Shown here one piece after another: positions 53,986 through 61,420 of a stretch of DNA of 64,000 bases. Location: assembly GCA_963767925.1 (NCBI GenBank), contig CAVYGB010000008.1, forward strand, positions 2,560,001-2,624,000. The letters are read 5' to 3'. A program made the translations under genes and the position numbers. The DNA comes from an uncultured delta proteobacterium (GTDB taxonomy: Bacteria; Myxococcota_A; Polyangia; Fen-1088). The notes under the pieces were generated by a model. That model was not told where the DNA came from. It saw nothing but the letters and a program-made list of their open reading frames with translations, and searched no databases. Numbering within the stretch: position 1 is the stretch's first letter; each line of letters begins with the position of its first letter.

Positions 53986-54319
53986 GATGTATCTCTTCGG
54001 TACCTCGGGGGAGCCTCTGAAAGGAGATGCGCGAGGCTGTCGGGATCTCTCGGGTTTCCCGGGAGGCGCAGTCAGGGCGAGCGCGGGAGAGCCTCTCCGC
54101 CCGCAGGTGGGTCGACCACCCCGAAGTGGGGCCATGTCCGCCCCCGCGCCGCGGTCACTTCGACTCCGCGGGGTCGAGGGGGAAGGTCCGACGGACGCTC
54201 ACCGAGCCGCCCGCGGAGTCCTCGAAGGGACGGGTTGCCGCGGCCGCGGGAATCACCGCCTGCTCCACGCACTGGCCGACCGGCGTACCGGCCGGGGGAC
54301 CGCTCATCCGGACCTTGAT

Positions 54320-56611
54320 CTACTGGATGCCCTGCTCGGCGAGATGATCGTAGCGGTCGGTCAGCCATGTGCGGGCGGTCGCGATCTGCGCGGCGAGGTC
54401 GCACTTGCCCTCGGCCGGCGATTCGGCCCAGCTCACCGGATCCCAGTCGGCGAGGGCCTCGTCCAGGAGCGACAGCACATTGGCCCGGGAGAGCACCCCG
54501 CCCACCAGCTCGGTGAAGCGGACGCGAAACTCGTCGCGGTAGGCCTTGAGGAGGGCGCTCTTCAGCAGGTTCACGCCGCCCGCCGGGTCGGGGCCGACGC
54601 CGTCCTCGCCCATGAAGATCGAGGCGTTGGCCTGGGTGCCGACGCCGCCGAACTCCAGGTCGAAGTCCTGGGGCAAGACCTCGTGTTTGCCGTCGCTGGC
54701 CCGCCGATAGAGGTAGAAGTTGTGGACCCCGTCGTCCCAGACCCCGGCGAAGTTTCGCACGGCCCAGCCGGTCAGGAGCTGGCGGACGTCGAAGTACCGG
54801 TCCAGGTGCGCGCGAACCGGGCTCCAGTCGCCGCTCTCGCTGGCGGCGACATAAAGCGGCTCGAGCCCCTCGATGATCGCGATCAGCTCCTCGTGCCCGG
54901 CCGGGTCGCCGTCTTTCCACCCGTGGGTCTGTCGCTCGTAGATCTTCCGGTAGCGCTGCAGGGTGCTCCAGCGTTCCGGGCACCAGGGGTTCAGGCCCAC
55001 CGGTCGAAAGTTGCCGGGCGCCCAGGGCCCCTGGTGGCCCAGGACGCCGTCGGACTTGAACAGATCGCCGACGGCCTCCCGCGGGGCGGTCTTGTCCAGC
55101 AGCTCCTCGCCGATGTCCTCCACCTCCATCATGTAGTGGTAGTAGGCCCCGTTGACGTAGAGCCGGGCGAAGCGAAAGCGCTGGGTGCGCACGCCCGCCG
55201 CCCAGTGCAGCTTGCTGGCCAGGCTGTTCAGCACCCCCGTGCAGGCGTCGAGCTGCTTGTTCAGGGTCACCGTCTCCCGCTCGTCACCCTTGCCGCCCCA
55301 GCGTGAATAGTTGGGGAAGGACAGCCGCCAGCTCAACGCCTTGTGGTCGGGGGGCTGGGTCGGCCCGCTGCCCCCCGGGAGGGGCGGCAGCGGGAGGCCG
55401 TGCCAGCGCCGGTAGCGGCTCCCCTGGTAGCGCACCAGCACGTCGTGGACCCGGCCGGCGTGGACGGCCACCGCCGGCACCCGGGCGTCCCAGGTCGGGT
55501 TGAGCTCGCATCCATCGTTGGGCCCGCCCCCGAGGTTGGTCCACATCTGCGTCCAGCGCGCGGGGGCGATGAAGACCTGGTAGGCGCTGGCGGGCGGCGC
55601 CGGGTCTGGCTCGACGAAGAGCAGGTGAAAGGCGGAGGGATCCCCGGGCCGCGGCGACAGCACCTCGCTGCTCTGGCCGGGGTAATAGTGAAGGATCCGG
55701 TAGCGCACGATGGCCGCCCCTGGGAACGCCGGCAGCAGCGCGTAGTGCTCGCGGTTGCCGTGGTCGGCCATCGCGATCCGGACGCGCGGCTCGGCCTCCT
55801 CGGGGGCGGCGAGATCGTCGATGAAATATTCGACCGCCACCTGACCGACCGCGCCCGGGCTCAGCGTCACCCAGACCGGCATTGCGGCGCCGGGCTTGAT
55901 CACCGTCCCCCGGGGGCCCACCTGCAGAACGATGGCCGGCGGTTCGCCCGAGACGCTGTTCGGCGCGGCCGGAGTACCGCCGCCGGTCGGCGACACGACC
56001 CAGTTGCGCACCTCGGACGCGGGCAGGGAATAGCTCGAGCGCTCGAGGGAGCGCCCGCGGTACTGGTGCTTGTCGTATTCCCCCGCCGGAAACCAGGCCC
56101 CGCCGGCCCCCAGCGCGTCGGCCCCCAGGGGCCAGGGGAGCTGATCGTCGTAGAGGGCCAGATCGACGAGCGTCCCCTGATCATCGAGCAGCGTCACGGT
56201 GTCGCCGCCGTTGTCCAGCTCGCCCTGGTAGTCGCCCAGCACGAGCTCGGGGGGCAGGCCACGATCGACGATCAGCCGCTGGCGATCGCGGGCCAGCACC
56301 AGGTAGCCGCCGGGAGCCAGGGTGGCGGTCTCCGGCAGCACCAGCGCCTCCTGCCCACCGATGATCAGCTTCCACCCATGCAGGGAGCGGGCGACGCTCG
56401 CGGGGTTGTGCAGCTCGACGAACTCGTGGCGCTCGCGAGCGTCATTTTCGAGCACCGGGTGATACATGATCTCCGAGATGGCCACACCGGGCTCCACCAG
56501 GGCAGCGGGCACCGGCCCGGCGATGATCTCGCCGAGAGGCAGACGACAAGCCGCCCCCGCAAGGAGCAGGGGGGTGAATACGGCAAGGCGTAAGAGGGGA
56601 AAAGGGGCCAT
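54320..56611 (-). CDS. CotH kinase family lipoprotein with lamin-tail (LTD) domain
   Basis: ISEIMYHP..EFVELHN..LDNGGDTVTL (LTD); RYQG, LYVNG.Y, HNFYLY..PQDFDLEFG (CotH). Confidence 0.85.
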   Translation of the reverse strand: MAPFPLLRLAVFTPLLLAGAACRLPLGEIIAGPVPAALVEPGVAISEIMYHPVLENDARERHEFVELHNPASVARSLHGWKLIIGGQEALVLPETATLAPGGYLVLARDRQRLIVDRGLPPELVLGDYQGELDNGGDTVTLLDDQGTLVDLALYDDQLPWPLGADALGAGGAWFPAGEYDKHQYRGRSLERSSYSLPASEVRNWVVSPTGGGTPAAPNSVSGEPPAIVLQVGPRGTVIKPGAAMPVWVTLSPGAVGQVAVEYFIDDLAAPEEAEPRVRIAMADHGNREHYALLPAFPGAAIVRYRILHYYPGQSSEVLSPRPGDPSAFHLLFVEPDPAPPASAYQVFIAPARWTQMWTNLGGGPNDGCELNPTWDARVPAVAVHAGRVHDVLVRYQGSRYRRWHGLPLPPLPGGSGPTQPPDHKALSWRLSFPNYSRWGGKGDERETVTLNKQLDACTGVLNSLASKLHWAAGVRTQRFRFARLYVNGAYYHYMMEVEDIGEELLDKTAPREAVGDLFKSDGVLGHQGPWAPGNFRPVGLNPWCPERWSTLQRYRKIYERQTHGWKDGDPAGHEELIAIIEGLEPLYVAASESGDWSPVRAHLDRYFDVRQLLTGWAVRNFAGVWDDGVHNFYLYRRASDGKHEVLPQDFDLEFGGVGTQANASIFMGEDGVGPDPAGGVNLLKSALLKAYRDEFRVRFTELVGGVLSRANVLSLLDEALADWDPVSWAESPAEGKCDLAAQIATARTWLTDRYDHLAEQGIQ

Positions 56612-56979
56612 GTCCACGCGCTGGGCGCGCTGCGCGCAGCCTCGGCAGGGTCTGCCCGCGTCCCCCTGAAAAATCGGCAGAAGCTCGGGGCGCTGAACGG
56701 CGCGATTGGCAATCGGCGATGAGCGGGACGCCGCCTCGCGCGACCCTGTACCGCCATCCCGTGCGGGTCGGTCGCGGCCGGGGCGGCCACCTCGAGCCGC
56801 CTCTCGGAACGTGGTGGAGAGGCGTACCGGAGAAAGAGGGAGCCTGCTCGTGGCGAGAGCGACCGTCGCTCGGCGTGTGGCGAATGCCTGGACCGCGAAC
56901 CGCCCCGAGATTCTTTCGATTCGGCCGTTGTGCGCTAGAATCTCGGCCGCCGGGCGACCCCGGCAGACGGGATGGCTGC

Positions 56980-57846
56980 ATGAGCAAGAGCGCGATCGCT
57001 TCGAGTCCCTGGACGTGCAAGGTTGTGGTCGCCGTGCTGGCCCTGGGGGCCGGCTGCGGCGGTGAATCGAGCAACGGAACCGGCGGGACCGGCGGTGGGA
57101 CGGGCGGCAGTGGAGGCACGGGCGGCAGCGGCGGTACGGGTGGCAGCGGCGGCACCGGCGGTGGTGGCGCCACGATCAGCTTCACCCGCGACATCCAGGG
57201 GCCGATCTTCAACGCCCTCTGCGTCGACTGTCACTTTGCCGGATCGGCGATCAATTACGACTTCAAAAATCCCTTCGATCCCGTCAACGGCATCATCAAC
57301 CGCCCGAACTCCTGGCTCGACCATGGCCCGCAAGAGCCGGTGATCGTCCAGCCGGGAAACGTCGCCAACAGCTTCCTCATCAAGAAGGTGGCGGATCCGA
57401 ATATCGACACCGCCGTGAGCGGCAAGGCCATGCCGCTGCTGCTCGAGCGCCTGTCGCAGGCCGAGCTGGACGCCGTCAGCACCTGGATCACCGACGGCGC
57501 CAAGAACGATGCCTATTTCAGCAGCATGGTGGCCCCCATCTTCGGCACGGCGATCCGGCTGGGCGCGGCCGGCGGCCGCTGCACCTATTGCCACTACCCC
57601 AACGCCCCCAGCGGCCTCGACGTCCTCAACGTCTTCGATGCCACCACCGGCATGGTGGGCCGCAACAGCCGTTACGGGGGCGGCATGAAGATCGTGGCCC
57701 CCGGCAATCCCGCCGGCAGCGCCCTGATGAAGAAGCTCAGCGGGACGACCCTGGGCCCCCAGATGCCCTTGCATCGGGATCGCCTGACCGAAGCGCAGGT
57801 GGAGACCCTGCGCAAGTGGATCACAGCCGGCGCGACGAACAACTAG
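56980..57846 (+). CDS. Di-heme cytochrome c-like lipoprotein (duplicated domain)
   Basis: GAGC lipobox, GTGGSG linker, CVDCH and CTYCH, two PGN..S.L.KK..MP..WIT.GA repeats. Confidence 0.8.
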   Translation: MSKSAIASSPWTCKVVVAVLALGAGCGGESSNGTGGTGGGTGGSGGTGGSGGTGGSGGTGGGGATISFTRDIQGPIFNALCVDCHFAGSAINYDFKNPFDPVNGIINRPNSWLDHGPQEPVIVQPGNVANSFLIKKVADPNIDTAVSGKAMPLLLERLSQAELDAVSTWITDGAKNDAYFSSMVAPIFGTAIRLGAAGGRCTYCHYPNAPSGLDVLNVFDATTGMVGRNSRYGGGMKIVAPGNPAGSALMKKLSGTTLGPQMPLHRDRLTEAQVETLRKWITAGATNN

Positions 57847-58007
57847 TCCCCTGGAACGGTGAAGGCTTGCATATGTCGGCGAGGCATCTTCGTTCCTGGC
57901 AAGGCGCGAGGAGGGCGAATACCTGGCGTATTCAACCGACGAGCAACGCAGCCAGGGACGAAGAGGACCGGCGAGATATGCAAGAAATCACCGTTCCAGG
58001 GGACTAG
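57843..58007. repeat. CTAG-bounded 165-nt palindromic element 1 (MITE/RPE-like)
   Basis: Perfect 20-bp terminal IR CTAGTCCCCTGGAACGGTGA/TCACCGTTCCAGGGGACTAG, with further nested stems. Confidence 0.85.
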
Positions 58008-58165
58008 CGCACCGCTCTCGAAATAGCGTCAAGGATCCGCCGACAAGCCTGCGGCTCCGCGAGGCGCGACGACGACGAATATCCGGCATATTCCGGAGGA
58101 GCAACGAAGCGGGGGCGCAGGATCGTCGGCGCAGCCTTGACGATATTTCGCGAGCGGTGCACTAG
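58004..58165. repeat. CTAG-bounded 162-nt palindromic element 2
   Basis: CTAGCGCACCGCTCTCGAAATAGCGTCAAGG pairs with CCTTGACGATATTTCGCGAGCGGTGCACTAG (3 mismatches); core shared with element 1. Confidence 0.85.
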
Positions 58166-58323
58166 CTCCTGTCTCAGGTCCGTCTTCCACAGATTGGAAG
58201 GCCGCAGCCGCCCGGCATCGTTTGCACCCTCGGAACCGGAGGATGCGCCGTACGGATGCCCCCGGTGCGCCGCTGCGACGCCGAGGTCCCGACACGCCCT
58301 TGAGCATCGGGGCGATCCTGCCG

Positions 58324-59145
58324 ATGTCAGGGGTGGTGTGGCGCGCCCGGCGGCTGGCGGTGCTGGGATTACTGGCGGCGGCCTGCACCGCCCCCAATCC
58401 GGCCTACCACCTCCGCGACCTCGGGGTGGACCCGAACGACGCCGGTCTCGGGGTCGACACCGGCTCCGGTCCGCCCGATGGGCCAGGGCTCGGCGGACCG
58501 GCCACCCTGGTGGGGCACTGGGCCTTCGACGAGGGGACCGGGACCACCGTCGCCGACGACCAGGGCACAAATAACGCCGCCTTGACCGGCGGGGTGACCT
58601 GGCTGCAGCCGGGGGCGCCCACCCCGGTCGGCAATCCCGCCTGCTTGCAGTTCGATGGATCGGACGACGAAGGAGAGGCCAACGTGAGCGACCTGGCCGG
58701 GCTGGATCAGCCCTTCAGCCTCGCGGTCTGGGTGTGGTCGCCGCCGCCCTCGGGCAACCCGCGCCGGACCATCCTCACCCTGCTGAAACCGGGGACCGGA
58801 GCGACCGGCGTCCAGCTCGGGCTGCAGGGCCTCGCCCCGGCGCTCTGGTACTACGGGGACGACGGCGCCACCAGCACTCTCGTCTTCCCCTCCCCCATCT
58901 CAGCCCAGACCTGGCACCGCCTGGCCTACGTCCACGAGGACGGCCGCCACACCCTCTACGTCGATGGGGTGTCGATGGCCAGCGCCAACCGGGCGCCGCC
59001 CTCTACCGGGGCGCCCACCCGGCTGCGCATCGCCACCTACGGCGGCACCAGCCAGCACTTTCCGGGGCGGCTCGACGATCTGCGCCTCTACCGCGGGGCC
59101 CTCACCCCGACGCAGGTATCGGCGCTGGTGGCCACGCCCCCCTGA
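58324..59145 (+). CDS. LamG-like jellyroll lipoprotein
   Basis: LAAAC lipobox; LVGHWAFDEGTG, LQFDG, FSLAVWV, TWHRLAYV..LYVDG, FPGRLDDLRLY..ALT. Confidence 0.85.
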   Translation: MSGVVWRARRLAVLGLLAAACTAPNPAYHLRDLGVDPNDAGLGVDTGSGPPDGPGLGGPATLVGHWAFDEGTGTTVADDQGTNNAALTGGVTWLQPGAPTPVGNPACLQFDGSDDEGEANVSDLAGLDQPFSLAVWVWSPPPSGNPRRTILTLLKPGTGATGVQLGLQGLAPALWYYGDDGATSTLVFPSPISAQTWHRLAYVHEDGRHTLYVDGVSMASANRAPPSTGAPTRLRIATYGGTSQHFPGRLDDLRLYRGALTPTQVSALVATPP

Positions 59146-59236
59146 GGGGTCAAGCCGCCGTCCGGGGCGGCGGAGGCCACGAGCGGCGCGCGGGCGGCCC
59201 GCCGCTCTCTTTCGGCCACAGCGGCGCCCGGCCCGG

Positions 59237-61201
59237 CTACAGCGCCAGGCCGCGGGCGATGTCCTGGGCGCCGAGGTACTGGCCCAGCACCTTGAGCAGG
59301 CCGTTGTCCTCGGCGGACTCCTTCTTCACCTGCCGGACCAGCGCCTCCCGGGCGCGCGGGTTGTGCGCCACCATGGCGCCCAGGATGTGGATGATCGACT
59401 GGCGGGTCACGGCGCTGGTCGACTTGCCGAGGTCGGCGATGGCCAGCTCGACGATGCGCGGGTCGGGCACCTCCTGGGCGTCGAAGAGCTGCGCCGAGAG
59501 CGTGCGGTAGAGCTTCTTCTTCACGAAGGGATCGTCCTCCCGGGCCAGCCACTCCACCGTGAGGTTGGCGGTCTCGGCCGGCGGCATGCGCCGGATGATC
59601 GTCGTGGCCGCCTCCCGCACCTTGGGGTCGCCGCTGCGGGTGTGGGGCAACACGTGCGACAGCAGCCCGGGATCGCCGATGTTGGCCAGGGCGCTGATCG
59701 CCGGCCGCAGCGTCCGGGCGGTGCTCCCCTGCTCCAGCAGATCCAGGGCCCCCTGCGCGGCGACCTGCTTGATCTCGCTGTCGTCGGCCTTGAGCCCGGC
59801 CATCATGCCCAGGGCCAGGGCCGCCTCGCGGGAGAACAGCCGCTCGTTGCGGGTGGCCCCCTTGCTCACGCCCTTCGTGTCCTGCAGCAGCGAGCGGGCC
59901 AGGGTCACCCCCACGTCGTCCCGGTCGACCAGGGCGAAGGCGCTGTTGGTCCGCAGGATGGTGGCCGCCCTGGCGTCGTCCTTGAGGCGCCAGAGGGCGT
60001 CGCGCGCCTGCGGGGTGGGGGTCTTGCCGAGCGCGATGAAGGTAGCCGCCACGGCGCCGTCGGCTATCTGGCCCTTGCGGAGCTTGTCCACCACCTCCTG
60101 GGCGTCGTCGGGGTGGGCCTCCAGGTAGGCGCCCAGCACCGGCCAGACGTGGGCGATGTTCTGGTCCGCGTTGATCTTCTCGTACATCATGTCGAGCGCC
60201 TTCGGCAGCTCGATCGCCTTCATCCGCTCGACAACCGCCTGGTGCTCGCGGCTGCGCTGCACGGTCCGCGCCACCCGCGCGACCGCCCGGGTGAACATGT
60301 TCTCCCAGATGTAGCGCCCTGGATTGGTGGGCGCCTCGTCGAGCGCGCCGGTGGTGGGCGGGCGGGCCCCCACCTTGGTGGTGGTGTCGGTGTCGGCGAG
60401 AGACAGCCCGACCAGCTTCTCCCGGCTGATGAGCGAAGCGAACCAGGGCCCGGTCCCGACCGCCACCTTCATGGTGCTGATCTGGGGCTTGCCCGACGCC
60501 GCCCGGGCCATCGGCTTGCCGAGGTTGCCGCTGCGGTCCCACACCTTGGTGTAGAGATCGACGGTCCGATCGACGGTCTCCCCCTCCACCTGGTAAGAGG
60601 CGCGGTAGCGGCCGAACCCGGTCTCACCCTCGTCACTCCCCTGCCCCGCCGCCGGCCAGTACCACTGCAGCTCGTGCACCAGCGCCTGCTGGGTGCGCGC
60701 CGACGCCGTCCCGGTGGTGTCGAGCCGGGCATAGCCCTCGATCTTGCAGCGGTCGCTCACCTTCAGGAGGAAGGGGCCGTCGAGCGCGCCGGCCTCGGCC
60801 ACCGTGCGCGGGTCGACGTACCCGAAGCGGGCCAGCAACACGCCCGCCCCGGCGGGCTCCGCGCTCAGCACCTTCAGATCGAGGTGGGCCTGGGTCAGCC
60901 GGTCGCCCGGCGCACCGTCGAGCCGGGCGCCCGCCGGCAGGTTCAGCCGGCCAGGGTCCACCTTGACCTGAGTGTGCAGGTCGAGGGTGTAGGCCAGCCG
61001 CTGCCCGACCGCGAAGCGACAGCCAGGCTCGCGCGGCCCCGACGGCTCGGGGAGCTCCGGGTGCCCGGGCGCCCCCGCGGCCGGCGCCTCGGCCCCGACT
61101 TCTTCGGAGTCGTCCTGCAGGGCGGTCCAGAGCAAAGCCAGAGATGTCGCCAGCCCCCCGAGCCCGATCAGAACCCCTCGTCCCACCGATCGTCGTGCCA
61201 T
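59237..61201 (-). CDS. HEAT-repeat protein with N-terminal beta-sheet domain (putative vitellogenin/LLTP-N-like)
   Basis: N-terminal TM/signal segment; CRFAVGQRLAYTL..beta strands..ETGFGRYRASY; C-terminal HEAT-like helices (ALGKTPTPQARDAL, ALANIGDP, DPKVREAA). Confidence 0.75.
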   Translation of the reverse strand: MARRSVGRGVLIGLGGLATSLALLWTALQDDSEEVGAEAPAAGAPGHPELPEPSGPREPGCRFAVGQRLAYTLDLHTQVKVDPGRLNLPAGARLDGAPGDRLTQAHLDLKVLSAEPAGAGVLLARFGYVDPRTVAEAGALDGPFLLKVSDRCKIEGYARLDTTGTASARTQQALVHELQWYWPAAGQGSDEGETGFGRYRASYQVEGETVDRTVDLYTKVWDRSGNLGKPMARAASGKPQISTMKVAVGTGPWFASLISREKLVGLSLADTDTTTKVGARPPTTGALDEAPTNPGRYIWENMFTRAVARVARTVQRSREHQAVVERMKAIELPKALDMMYEKINADQNIAHVWPVLGAYLEAHPDDAQEVVDKLRKGQIADGAVAATFIALGKTPTPQARDALWRLKDDARAATILRTNSAFALVDRDDVGVTLARSLLQDTKGVSKGATRNERLFSREAALALGMMAGLKADDSEIKQVAAQGALDLLEQGSTARTLRPAISALANIGDPGLLSHVLPHTRSGDPKVREAATTIIRRMPPAETANLTVEWLAREDDPFVKKKLYRTLSAQLFDAQEVPDPRIVELAIADLGKSTSAVTRQSIIHILGAMVAHNPRAREALVRQVKKESAEDNGLLKVLGQYLGAQDIARGLAL

Positions 61202-61420
61202 CAACACCCCTCGTGAAAGTCGCCCGGCCAACCAGTCGCGCTCGCTTCCGTCCGGACGCGGGCGTGTTCCTGGAAGATCCCGGCCGTTGCTTCGGGTGTG
61301 TGTTTTCAGAACTTGAGGGCGGCGACCCCTTTGCAGTTCCCGCACTTTTCTCCTCAACCCCGGCGCCGGGGCGGACGATGCGCCGGGGTGCGATTCCTCG
61401 AGGAGAGGCGGGTTGGAACG

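Noticed and set aside
53990..54310. Structured RNA or riboswitch in the long intergenic region (stem about 54158-54227)
   Set aside because: A GC-rich stem is present but I could not match a family motif; an Rfam scan would be needed.
57843..58165. Integron attC cassette array or autonomous IS
   Set aside because: No ORFs between the palindromes, no RYYYAAC/GTTRRRY ends, and no integrase or transposase in the window.
58004..58574. ORFs 58004..58570(-), 58029..58397(-), 58137..58574(+)
   Set aside because: They overlap the palindromic elements and the LamG gene and show no protein-like features.
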